Below are positions 44,487-53,522 of a stretch of DNA of 64,000 nt, piece after piece. The position numbers and the translations under genes are program-made. The DNA lies in the NCBI GenBank assembly GCA_963805045.1, contig CAWDTC010000019.1, positions 8,249 through 72,248 on the forward strand, given 5' to 3'. The notes below the pieces were generated by a model. The model ran no database searches and was not told the origin of the DNA. It was given only the letters and a program-made list of their open reading frames with translations. Every line of letters starts with the position of its first letter. The stretch's first letter is position 1. Origin of the DNA: Candidatus Aminicenantes bacterium (GTDB lineage Bacteria; Acidobacteriota; Aminicenantia; Aminicenantales; Saccharicenantaceae).

Positions 44487-44523
44487 ATTCATCCGACCGT
44501 TTTCGAAATAAGGAGAGATCGCC

Positions 44524-45418
44524 ATGTCCAGACGCATCCGGAATTCCGCTCGCAGAGCTTCGGCGGCCGCGGCCTTCGTCCTCCTGCGTCGTTCGTCGCT
44601 CCGGCCCGCGCCGGCCCGCGGCGAGGAGGAGAAGAAGGGGCTCCTCGGAGCCGTGGAAGGACACGGCCGAGCTGAGCTACGTCGTGACGGGCGGCAACTC
44701 GGCCGACATCGACCTTCAGCTTCGGCGAGCACGCTCAAGCGGAGCTGGGCAAAGGACTCTCTGACCATCAAGGCCTTCGCCCTGAGCAGCCGGTCGACGA
44801 CGATCACCCGGACGGCCCAGGGCACCGAGACGGACTACACCGTCCTCGAGGAGAAGACGGACGAACCTCGTGGCCGAGAACTTCGCCCTCTCCGGCCTGT
44901 ACGACCACCGCCTGTCGAAGAAGGTCGTCCTCCAGTTCGGCCTCGGCTGGGACCGCAACCGATTCGCCGGCGCTCGCCAGCCGGGTCATCTATCACTGCG
45001 GGCACGGGCTACGCCTGGGTCGAGACGAAGCGGACGACCCTCAAGACGGACGCCGGCCTCACCTACACCTGGCGCAAGTATTTCGGCCAGAGCGCCTCGT
45101 CGTTCGCCGGCTTCCGCGCCATCGCCTCCTTCGAGCAGAAGATCCTCGAGACCTCCTCCTTCGCGAGCCAGTTCATCTTCGACGAGAACCTCAAGAGGAC
45201 GGTCGACTGGCGCTACGACTGGACGAATTCCCTGACCGCCTCGATCTCGAAGGCCCTGGCCCTCAAAACGAGCCTGCGGCTGCTCTACGCCCACCTGCCG
45301 GCCGACCAGGCCGTGCCGCTCTACGACCTCGAAGGAACGCCGCACCGGGCTGACCGTGCCCGTCCCGCTGAAGCAGCTCGACACCATCTTCACGACTTCG
45401 ATCGTCATCAACTTCTAG
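44524..45418 (+). CDS. DUF481 (YdiY-like) outer-membrane beta-barrel protein (about 5 frame changes)
   Basis: The protein has a signal-like N-terminus. Alternating-residue beta strands are spread over three frames: AELSYVVTGGNS, DSLTIKAFAL, VAENFALSGLYDHRLSKKVVLQFGLGWDRNRFAG, TAGTGYAWVETKRTTLKTDAGLTYTWRKY, FAGFRAIASFEQKI, FASQFIFDENL...DWRYDWTNSLTASISKALALKTSLRLLY. The terminus is ...LDTIFTTSIVINF plus a stop. Confidence 0.7.
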
Positions 45419-45422
45419 ATAA

Positions 45423-45481
45423 GAAGGGGTCAGGTCTACTTTCTTGCAGTTTTTCTGCAAGAAAGTAGACCTGACCCCTTC
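45423..45481 (+). repeat. Hairpin element P1: 27-bp perfect inverted repeat with a TTTTT loop
   Basis: The arms are GAAGGGGTCAGGTCTACTTTCTTGCAG and CTGCAAGAAAGTAGACCTGACCCCTTC, joined by a TTTTT loop. It lies 5 nt after the DUF481 stop. A near-identical copy in the opposite orientation is at 55671-55729. Confidence 0.9.
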
Positions 45482-45488
45482 CGGCCGT

Positions 45489-45517
45489 TTGACCGTTCCG
45501 GCCCGCCCCTGTAGAAT
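45489..45517 (+). promoter_or_regulatory. Putative sigma-70 promoter of the FTR-like/thioredoxin pair
   Basis: TTGACC (45489-45494), a 17-nt spacer, then TAGAAT (45512-45517). Confidence 0.45.
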
Positions 45518-45575
45518 GGAACCGAAGGAGATGGGGCGCGAGGGGCCACCGTCGCGCCGCCGGGAGGGAATGGGC

Positions 45576-46008
45576 ATGAAAAAACGCTACTGGCGCTGCT
45601 TCGTCTGCAACGATATCCACTACGGCATCGCGCCCGCCCGAGGTTTGCCCGACCTGCAAGGTCGCCAACGCCTACGTCGAGATCACGGCCGAGGAGGCGC
45701 GGAAGTTCCTGGGCGGCGGGCCCGACACGACCTTCGCCCCGGCCGATTTCCGCAAGGCCATCGAGCGGTTCGCCGCCGGGAACGAGTTCATGGTCAACCC
45801 GGACGAGGCCAAGGTCGCGACCCTCCTCCGCGGCATCTTCGAGAACGAGGAGAACCACGGCTTCAAGTTCTGCCCCTGCCGCCTGCGCACCAAGGACTGG
45901 GAGGAGGACCTGAGGCTCGTCTGCCCCTGCAACTTCACCATCCACGAGACGTACAAGGGCATCGCCGACGGCGAATGCTGGTGCGGACTCTTCGTCAGGA
46001 GGAAATGA
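45576..46008 (+). CDS. Rubredoxin-like zinc ribbon fused to a ferredoxin:thioredoxin reductase catalytic-subunit-like domain (frame change near 45640)
   Basis: The protein reads MKKRYWRCFVCNDIHYGIAP|..CPTCKVANAYVEI, giving a CxxC...CxxC ribbon. The FTR-beta-like region follows, NPDEAKVATLLRGIFENEENHGFKFCPCRLRTKDWEEDLRLVCPCNFTIHETYKGIADGECWCGLF, with the CPC...CPC...CWC arrangement. Confidence 0.7.
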
Positions 46009-46298
46009 TGGCCAAGCTGCTCATGTTCCACGGGCGCGAGTGCCCCCACTGCCGGAAGATGATGCCCCTCGTCGAGAAGCTCGAGGCGGAGATGGGCGTC
46101 GCCTTCGACAAGCGCGAGATCTGGCACGACGAGGCGAACGCCGACCTGATGCGTTCCTACCGGCCCGTCATCGCGTCCAAGTGCGGCGGCCAGCTTCGCG
46201 TTCCGACCTTCCTCAACGCCGAGACGAGCGACGTCGTCTGCGGCGAGATGGAATACGACAAGCTCAAGGCCTGGACCCTCGCCCAGGTCTCCAATTAG
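46005..46298 (+). CDS. Thioredoxin-fold protein (CPHC active site)
   Basis: The protein reads MMAKLLMFHGRECPHCRKMMPLVEKLEAEMGVAFDKREIWHDEANADLM...VPTFLN... Its ATG overlaps the upstream TGA (ATGA). Confidence 0.75.
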   Translation: MMAKLLMFHGRECPHCRKMMPLVEKLEAEMGVAFDKREIWHDEANADLMRSYRPVIASKCGGQLRVPTFLNAETSDVVCGEMEYDKLKAWTLAQVSN

Positions 46299-46347
46299 GC
46301 CGGCGCCGGGCCCCCGCCCGGACCCGGACCGCTCCAGGGGGGTGGCG

Positions 46348-47427
46348 ATGATCGAACGTTTCGACCCGCTCAAGGGCGAGCGGCTGCAGATCCTCGACGA
46401 GTCGGGCCGGGCCCGGCCCGGGCTCGAGCCGGTCCTGTCCCCCGCCGACCTGCGCCGGATGTACGAGCGCATGGTCCTGACCCGCGTCGCCGACGCCAAG
46501 GCCCTCAAGCTCCAGCGCCAGGGCCGGATGGGGACGTTCGCTTCGAGCCTCGGCCACGAGGCCTGCCAGGTCGGCACGGCCTCGGCCGTTGTCGCCGGCG
46601 ACTGGTTCTTCCCCTATTTCCGCGACATGGGCGTCTACCTCACGCTCGGCTACCCGCTCGCCGACTATTACCACTACTGGATGGGGAACGAGGCCGGGCT
46701 GCGGACGCCGGACGGGCTGAACATCTTCCCGCTGGCCATCCCCGTCGCCTCGCAGGTCCTCCACGCCGTCGGCGCCGGCATGGCCGCGAACATTCGCAAG
46801 CTCCGCCTGGCCGTCTTCTCGACCTTCGGCGACGGCGCGACCTCGGAGGGCGACTTCCACGAGGGGATGAACTACGCCGGCGTGTTCCGGACGCCGAACG
46901 TCTTCGTCTGCTACGACAACCAGTTCGCGATCTCCGTGCCGCGGAGCCGCCAGACGGCCTCGGCGACCATCGCCCAGAAGGCCCTGGCCTACGGTTTCGG
47001 CGGCGTCCAGGTCGACGGCAACGACATCCTGGCCGTCTACGCCGCGGCGACGGAGGCGGCGGAGCGGGCCCGCTCGGGCGGCGGCCCGACCCTCATCGAG
47101 GCCTTTACCTACCGGATGGGCGACCACACGACCTCCGACGACGCCGCCCGCTACCGGTCGAAGGACGACGTCGCCGCCTGGGAAAAGCGCGACCCGGTCG
47201 TCCGCTTCAAGCTCTATCTCGGCTCGAAGGGGCTGTGGGACGAGGCCTGGGAGAAGAGCGTCCAGGAAGGCGCGGCCGAAGCGGCCGAGAGGGCCGTGGC
47301 CGAGGCCGAGGCCCGTCCGACCGCCACCGTCGAGGACCTTTTCGCCTACACGTACGCCGCGATGCCGCCCGGCCTCAAGGACGAACTGGCCGACACCGAG
47401 GCCTTCCTCAAGGGAGGCCGCCGATGA
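46348..47427 (+). CDS. 2-oxoacid (pyruvate/branched-chain) dehydrogenase E1 alpha subunit, ThDP-dependent
   Basis: The ORF is intact: MYERMVLTRVADAKALKLQRQGRMGTF.SSLGHEA...YFRD...IPVASQVLHAVGAGMA...FGDGATSEGDFHEGMN.A.V...P..FVC.DNQFAIS.P......A.....KA.AYG.....VDGND...V......A.ERAR.G.GPTLIE..TYR...HT.SDD...YR. Confidence 0.9.
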   Translation: MIERFDPLKGERLQILDESGRARPGLEPVLSPADLRRMYERMVLTRVADAKALKLQRQGRMGTFASSLGHEACQVGTASAVVAGDWFFPYFRDMGVYLTLGYPLADYYHYWMGNEAGLRTPDGLNIFPLAIPVASQVLHAVGAGMAANIRKLRLAVFSTFGDGATSEGDFHEGMNYAGVFRTPNVFVCYDNQFAISVPRSRQTASATIAQKALAYGFGGVQVDGNDILAVYAAATEAAERARSGGGPTLIEAFTYRMGDHTTSDDAARYRSKDDVAAWEKRDPVVRFKLYLGSKGLWDEAWEKSVQEGAAEAAERAVAEAEARPTATVEDLFAYTYAAMPPGLKDELADTEAFLKGGRR

Positions 47428-48398
47428 TCATGACCATGGTCCAGGCCATCAATCAGGCCCTCGCCCAGGAGATGGAGAGGGACGGCCGCATCGTCCTCCT
47501 CGGCGAGGATGTCGGCCGCGACGGCGGGGTCTTCCGGGTGACGGAAGGGCTCGTCGACCGCTTCGGCGCGGAGCGCGTCATCGACACGCCGCTCGCCGAG
47601 TCGGCCGCGGTCGGGGCGGCCATCGGCATGTGCGCCCTGGGCCTCCGGCCGGTCGTCGAGATCCAGTTCATGGGCTTCATCTACCCGGCCTTCAACCAGA
47701 TCATCTCCCACGTCGCCCGGCTCCGGAACCGGACGCGCGGCCGCTTCTCCGCGCCGCTCGTCATCCGGACGCCCTACGGCGCCGGCGTCCGCGCCCTCGA
47801 GCACCACTCGGAGAGCACCGAGGCCCTCTTCTGCCAGATCCCGGGCCTCACGGTCGTCGTCCCGTCGGACCCGGCCGACGCCAAGGGCCTCCTCGTCGCC
47901 GCGCTCCGGAGCGACGACCCCGTCCTCTTCCTCGAGCCGACGCGGCTCTATCGGGCGGAAAAGCAGGAGGTGCCGGAGGCGGCCGTCGAGGTGCCGCTCG
48001 GCCGGGCCCGTGTCGTCCGCGAGGGGAAGGACGTGACCGTCGTCGCCTGGGGGGCGATGGTCCCGGTCGCCCGGAAGGCCGCCGACACGCTCGCGGCCGA
48101 AAAGATCGACGTCGAGATCGTCGACCTGAGGACGCTCGCCCCCATGGACCGCGAGGCGGTCCTCGCCTCCGTCCAAAAGACCGGCCGGGCCGTCGTCCTC
48201 CACGAGGCGCCCAAGACCTGCGGCCTCGGCGCGGAGATCGCCGCCCTCATCGGCGAGCGGGCGCTGCTCAGCCTCAAGGCGCCCGTCCTGCGCGTCACGG
48301 GCCAGGACATCACCGTCCCGCTCCCGAAGAGCGAGGACATCTATTACCCGAGCCCCGAGCGGCTGGCCCGCGCCGTCCGCCGGGTCATGGAGTTCTGA
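47424..48398 (+). CDS. 2-oxoacid dehydrogenase E1 beta subunit
   Basis: An internal ATG at 47424 overlaps the E1-alpha stop. The protein reads MTMVQAINQALAQEMERD..IVLLGEDVG..GGVFRVT.GL...FG.ERVIDTPLAES...G.AIGM...GLRPV.EIQFMGFIYPAFNQI...ARLR.RTRGRF..P.VIRTPYG.G....HHSES.EA.F...PGL.VV.PS.P.DAKGLL..A.R..DPV.F.EP..LY. Confidence 0.9.
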   Translation: MIMTMVQAINQALAQEMERDGRIVLLGEDVGRDGGVFRVTEGLVDRFGAERVIDTPLAESAAVGAAIGMCALGLRPVVEIQFMGFIYPAFNQIISHVARLRNRTRGRFSAPLVIRTPYGAGVRALEHHSESTEALFCQIPGLTVVVPSDPADAKGLLVAALRSDDPVLFLEPTRLYRAEKQEVPEAAVEVPLGRARVVREGKDVTVVAWGAMVPVARKAADTLAAEKIDVEIVDLRTLAPMDREAVLASVQKTGRAVVLHEAPKTCGLGAEIAALIGERALLSLKAPVLRVTGQDITVPLPKSEDIYYPSPERLARAVRRVMEF

Positions 48399-48400
48399 GC

Positions 48401-49615
48401 ATGGCCAAGCAATTCCGGTTCCCCGACGTCGGAGAGGGCATCACCGAGGGCGAGATCGTCCGCTGGCTGGTCAAGGAAGGCGACGAGGTCAAGGCCGACC
48501 AGCCCCTGGCCGAGATCGAGACGGACAAGGCCGTCGTCGAGATGCCGTCGCCTTATCCGGGGACGGTCCTCCGGCTCCATCACAAGGAGAAGGACATCGT
48601 CAAGGTCGGCCAGGTCCTGGTGACGATCGGCGCGCCGGGCGAGGCCGTGGCCGAGCCCGGGCCGGCGGAGGCGGCGCCGGCCGCGGCGGCCGGGCCGGGC
48701 GCGCCCGTGGCCGCGGACGCGACCGTCCCCCCGCCCCCCGGCGGCATCCTGGCCACTCCGGCCGTCCGGATGCTCGCCCGCGAGCTCGGCGTCGACCTGG
48801 CGTCCGTGACCGGCACGGGGCCCGGCGGACGGATCACCGAGGCCGACGTCGAGGCCGCCGCGGAAAGGCCGGCGGAAAAGAAGCTCGAGATCAAGGTCAA
48901 GCCGAAGTACGACCTCTACGGCGAGCTCGAGCGGATCCCGCTCCGCGGCGTCCGCCGGACGACGGCCAGGCACATGCGCGAGTCGCTGGACAAGGCCGCC
49001 CACGTCACCCACTGCGACGAGGCCGACGCGACGAGGCTCGCCTCCCTCCGCGAGTCGATGAAGGCGGCGGCCGAGGCGAAGGGGGTCAAGCTGACCTTCC
49101 TCCCCTTCATCGTCAAGGCCGTGGTCGAGGCCCTCAAGCTCCACCCGACGCTCAACGCCTCGCTCGACGACGAGGAGGGCGAGATCGTCGTCAAGAAGTA
49201 CTACAACATCGGCATCGCCGTCGACGTCCCCGACGGCCTGATCGTTCCCGTGGTCAAGATGGCCGACGAGAAGCCGGTCCTCGCGATCGCCGAGGAGATC
49301 CAGGCCCTGGCCAAGGCGGCCCGGGAGCGGACCCTCGACCTGGCCGACCTCAAGGGCGGGACATTCTCCATCACCAACGTCGGCGTTATCGGCGGCGAGG
49401 CGGCGACGCCGATCATCAATTATCCGGAGGTGGCCATCCTGGCCTCGATGAGGATCGCGGACCGGGCCAGGGTCGCAAACGGCGCCGTGGTCGTCCGGAA
49501 GACGCTGCCCCTGTGCCTGTCCTTCGACCACCGCGTCGTCGACGGCGCCGAGGCGGCCCGCTTCACCACGGACCTCATCCGCCTCCTCGAGGACCCGGAA
49601 AAACTCGCGGCGTAA
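48401..49615 (+). CDS. Dihydrolipoamide acyltransferase (E2) component
   Basis: The lipoyl domain is FRFPDVGEGITEGEIVRWLVKEGDEVKADQPLAEIETDKAVVEMPSP. It is followed by an Ala/Pro linker, the E3-binding domain ATPAVRMLARELGVDLASVTGTGPGGRIT and the catalytic domain ...LSFDHRVVDGAEAARF. No E3 (lpd) follows. Confidence 0.9.
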   Translation: MAKQFRFPDVGEGITEGEIVRWLVKEGDEVKADQPLAEIETDKAVVEMPSPYPGTVLRLHHKEKDIVKVGQVLVTIGAPGEAVAEPGPAEAAPAAAAGPGAPVAADATVPPPPGGILATPAVRMLARELGVDLASVTGTGPGGRITEADVEAAAERPAEKKLEIKVKPKYDLYGELERIPLRGVRRTTARHMRESLDKAAHVTHCDEADATRLASLRESMKAAAEAKGVKLTFLPFIVKAVVEALKLHPTLNASLDDEEGEIVVKKYYNIGIAVDVPDGLIVPVVKMADEKPVLAIAEEIQALAKAARERTLDLADLKGGTFSITNVGVIGGEAATPIINYPEVAILASMRIADRARVANGAVVVRKTLPLCLSFDHRVVDGAEAARFTTDLIRLLEDPEKLAA

Positions 49616-49667
49616 GACGGGGCTAAACCTACGGATTGCATTTTTTTGAGTTTGCCCCCGTCCTTCA

Positions 49668-49750
49668 GGGCCTCGGGGGTGGCTTCCACTCCAGAGTGCG
49701 GTTTGCGCTAAACCGCACATGACGTTCCAGCCACTCCCCTTCGGCCCTTC
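49668..49750 (-). repeat. Copy E of the ~85-nt palindromic element family
   Basis: The sequence is GGGCCTCGGGGGTGGCTTCCACTCCAGAGTGCGGTTTGCGCTAAACCGCACATGACGTTCCAGCCACTCCCCTTCGGCCCTTC. It lies between the convergent 3' ends of E2 and the GH51 gene. Confidence 0.85.
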
Positions 49751-49754
49751 TTTT

Positions 49755-51650
49755 TTATCGCCGGGCGCAGTCGATCGCCGCGACCGAGAGGGCCGGGAGC
49801 GTCACCGTTCCGCCGCCGTCCGGCTCGAGCTTCGCCCGCACGACCCGCTTCGGGTCGGCGAAGCCATTGACGACGTCGACTTGCCCCCGGTCCTGCGCGT
49901 CCTTGACGACCTCCCCTCCGCGCGCCGCGAACCCCGGCCCGAAGTCCGAGAGGTCGAGGGCGAGGCGGAGCGGCTCGCGCCCCGGGTTGACGACGAAGAC
50001 GGTCAGCCCCGAGCCGTCCTCCGCGGCGCAGGCCGTGGCGTCGACCGCAGCCGGGAGGTCCGCGGACGACCCGGAGCGGCACGGGCCGCGAATGGGCGCG
50101 GAACATGGCCATGACGAGGAAGCTCGGCGTCCGGTAGAGCCCGGCGGCGTTGGTCTGGATCGTCCCGCCGCAGAAGCTGTTCGTCATGTTCGACCGGCAG
50201 GCCAGGGCCACGACCTCCGCGTGCCGGTGGAGGACGTTGAGGAAGCGGCGCCTCGAAAAGAGCGCAGCCGAGCGTGTTGAGCTTGCCGCGGCCGAGGCCC
50301 CAGTTGCCGGCGTCGATGTTCCACTCGGTGACGCCGATTCGGAGCCGGCCGCGCCCGGCCGATTCCCTGATCCAGCCCTCGATCTTGCGGAGGTCGGCGT
50401 CGACGCCGTCGAGGTCCGCCTGGTAGTAGTGCGGGCAGACGATGTCGATGTCCGGGCCGGCGACGTCGACGATCTCCTTCGTCGGGAAGGACGACAGGAC
50501 GACCGCGGCCGGGTCGGCGGCCCGCACGGCCCGGGCGAACTCCACCAGGCTCTTGACGTAGCCCGGCGCGTCGATCTCGTTCCCGACCTGCCAGTACTTG
50601 ACGCCGTAGGGCTCGGCGTGTCCGTTCGCGGCCCGCTTTCTCCCCCACTCCGAGCCGGACGGACCGTTGAGGTACTCGACCATGCGGCGGGCGCTCTCGA
50701 CCCCGTCGCCCAGGCTGACGCAGACGAGCGGCTCGGCGCCCGACGGCCCGGCAGAGCCGGACGAACTCCTCGACGCCGACGTCGTTCGTGTCGCGGCGGC
50801 CCCAGACCCGGTTGACGAAGGACGGCCGGCGGTCGCGCTCGCCGACGGCGTCGCTCCAGCGGTACGGCCCCGGGTCGACGGTCGAGCCGCCCCAGCGCAC
50901 GACCGGCGGGGCGAGCTCCTTCATGGCCTCGACGACGTCCCGCCGCCAGCCGTCGACGTTGTCGTCGGGCATGAGCGAGAGCTGGTCGAGCCAGAGATGC
51001 CCGCTCCCACGCGCCTCGACCTCGAAAACGGCCCGGTCCGTCGTTCCGTTCGACCTGAGCTCCCCGGCGAACGCGCCCCATTCACGACCCGGCCGGGGGA
51101 GGTCCAGCGCGGCTAGGGTCAGCCAGGTGCCGTCGGGGAGGAGCGTCTTGAGCGAGAGCCGGACCCTGAGCGAAGGCGAGTCGCCGCGCCAGTGCCCGCT
51201 CACTTTATAGCCCATCCCTTTGCGGACGGCGAGGCCGCTCTGGGTGAGCCGCGCCGCGCCGCCCGCGCCGACCTCCAGCCGGGCGCTCTGCCGGTCGTTG
51301 AACGGCGCCGTAGTGTCGTATCCCCAGTCCGGCCCCTGGTCCCAATCCCTGTCGCAGAGGTCGGGCTCGCCCCGGAAATAGTCCCAGGTCGAGGTCGGCA
51401 GGACGCCCTCAAAGCCGCGGTCGCCGAGCATCTCGGCCCACATCCCCGGCGCGAGGTCGTCCAGGAGCTCCACGAAGCCGCCGTAAAGCATCGGGCTGAC
51501 GCGCCCTTCGGAAGGTGGAGCGGCATGGACCTTCAGGCCGACGGCGGTGGGCGTGACGCCCGCGGCCGCGCCGGCCGATATCGAGATCGCGCCGAGGCCC
51601 GCCGCAGCGAACAGAAGACCCGCCAAGGTCAACGCTCTTCGGACTCCCAT
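49755..51650 (-). CDS. GH51-like alpha-L-arabinofuranosidase with an N-terminal carbohydrate-binding-like domain (about 4 frame changes)
   Basis: The signal peptide is [27 protein letters not shown], followed by SPMLYGGFVE. The catalytic blocks are VVRWGGSTVD..YRW, YWQVGNEIDAPGY (acid/base E) and IGVTEWNIDAGNWG (nucleophile E), then ALFEARFLNVLHRHAEVVALACRSNMTN. The C-terminal beta-sandwich is ...LTVFVVNPGREPLRLALDL...TLPALSVAAIDCARR. Frame changes lie near 50750, 50262, 50090 and 50245. Confidence 0.7.
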
Positions 51651-52761
51651 CTCTCCTCCTTCGGGCCGCCGGCCCGGTGCACGTGACGGTGGTGCGTGTC
51701 CGGCCAATGGCCGTGGGCGTGCTCGGTCTCTTCGTGAACATGCTCGTGGCTGTGGGGCTCGCGGATCTCGCCGTCATGGACGTGGCCGTGGTGGCCGTCG
51801 CCGTGGCGGTGGGAATGGGCGTGGACGGTCCCCTCGTGCCGGTGGAGGTGTGTGTGCCGCTCGGTCACGATCAGGGCGGCGCCCGCGAGCATCAGCAGCC
51901 CCGCCGCGGCCATTGGCCAACGGACCGTGTCCCCGAGGAGCCCGAGCGAGGCGAGCGCGCCGACGAAGGGCGCGAAGCCGAAGAAGGCCCCGGCCCGGAA
52001 CGCGCCGAGTCCCTTGAGGCCGCGGATGAAGAGGACCAGGCTCAGCCCGTAGCAGACGGCCCCGACGGCGAGGCCCTTCGCCACGGCGAGATCGGGCCGG
52101 GGGCCCTGTCCCAGGAGGAAAGCCGCGGCCGTCGAGACGCTCCCGGCGGCGAGGCCCTTGACCCGGGCGATGGCGACCGGGTCCTTGTCGGAGATGCGGC
52201 GCGTCAGGTTGTTGTCGAGCCCCCAGCCGAGCATGGCCAGGACGACGAGGACGGGGCCGGCGGGCGAGAAGCGGCCGCCGCCCGCGTTCCAGGACAGGGC
52301 GACGCCGGCCGCCGTCATCAGGGCCATGGCCAGCCAGAGCCGCCGCCCCGCGTTCTCGGCGAAGACGACGACGGCGATCCCGGCCGTGGCCACGCCCTCG
52401 AAATTGAGGAGGAGGGAGGCGGAGAAGCCGGAGATGCGGTCGAGCCCGGTGAGCAGGCAGACCGGCCCGACGATGCCGCCCGCGACGACGGCGCCGGCGA
52501 GCCACGGCCAGTCCTTTCTCTCGAGCTTCGCCTCCCGCCTCCCTTTCTTAAGAGGGACTGCTCCCCTCGGGGGGACAGTCCCCGCCTGACCGCGCGGAGG
52601 GCCAGGGAATAGACCGCCAGGCCGACGAAGCTCCCGAGATACAGGATGCCGGCCAGGGCCACGGGCCGCACGCCGCCGAGAAGGAGCTTGGACAGGGGGA
52701 CGCTCACGCCGAACAGGGCCGCCGAGAGGAGGACCGAGGCGAGCGGCCTGACGCTCATCAT
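51629..52761 (-). CDS. DMT (EamA-like) 10-TM transporter with a ~75-aa His-rich C-terminal tail (frame change near 52575)
   Basis: The protein starts [53 protein letters not shown], then after the shift reads ...[23 protein letters not shown]... with eight more TM segments. The tail is [62 protein letters not shown]. The start overlaps the nagB stop. Confidence 0.75.
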
Positions 52762-53522
52762 GGTCCGACCGAACCGCGGCGGAGGGTCTCCGAGGAGAGC
52801 AGGGAGGCCGAGGCCGGGTCAAGATAGGCCGTAGCCTCGGGATGGGTGCGCAGTATCGAAGCCGGGGCATAGGGGCCGACCGGTCCCTCGAGGCAGAGCC
52901 GCACGGCCGCGGCTTTCCTGGCGTCGGGCACGACGGAGACGATGGCCCGGGATTTGAGCAGCTGCCGCACGGAGATCGAAATGGCCCGCTCCGGGACGTC
53001 GGCGAGCGATGGGAACCAGCCCTCGCCGACCTGCTGGCGGCGGCAGGCCTCGTCGAGCCGGACGATGATGTAAGGCGCCTCCGTTTCGAAGTCGGCCGGC
53101 GGGTCGTTGAAGGCGACGTGCCCGTTCTCGCCGATGCCGGCGAAGGCGACGTCGACCGGCGCGGCGAGGAGGAGGCGTCCGACGCGCTCGCAGGTCCCTT
53201 CGGGGTCGGACTCGCCGTCGAGGAGATGGAAGCGTTCGATCCCGGCCGGCCGGACGAGACGGTCGAGGAGATAACGCCGGAAGCTCGCCGGGTGGTCTAT
53301 GGCAAGGCCGATATACTCGTCGAGGTGGAACATCTCCACTTTCGCCCAGTCGGCGCCGGGCGAGGCGACGAGCGCCTCTAGGAACCCGACCTGGGATTCG
53401 CCCGTCGCGACGAGGATGCGGGCGGTGCCACGCGCGGCGATCGCCCTGCGGATGAGACGGGCGGCGTCCTCCGCCGCGGCCCGCTCGAGGGCCGTCCTAT
53501 CGGCGAAAACTCGGAGGGTCAT
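52758..53522 (-). CDS. nagB: Glucosamine-6-phosphate deaminase
   Basis: An internal ATG at 53522 overlaps the GH20 stop (ATGA). The protein reads [17 protein letters not shown]...[16 protein letters not shown]......[12 protein letters not shown]...HP.SFR.YL...L.......F.LLDG..D.......Y......[22 protein letters not shown]. Confidence 0.8.
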   Translation of the reverse strand: MTLRVFADRTALERAAAEDAARLIRRAIAARGTARILVATGESQVGFLEALVASPGADWAKVEMFHLDEYIGLAIDHPASFRRYLLDRLVRPAGIERFHLLDGESDPEGTCERVGRLLLAAPVDVAFAGIGENGHVAFNDPPADFETEAPYIIVRLDEACRRQQVGEGWFPSLADVPERAISISVRQLLKSRAIVSVVPDARKAAAVRLCLEGPVGPYAPASILRTHPEATAYLDPASASLLSSETLRRGSVGP

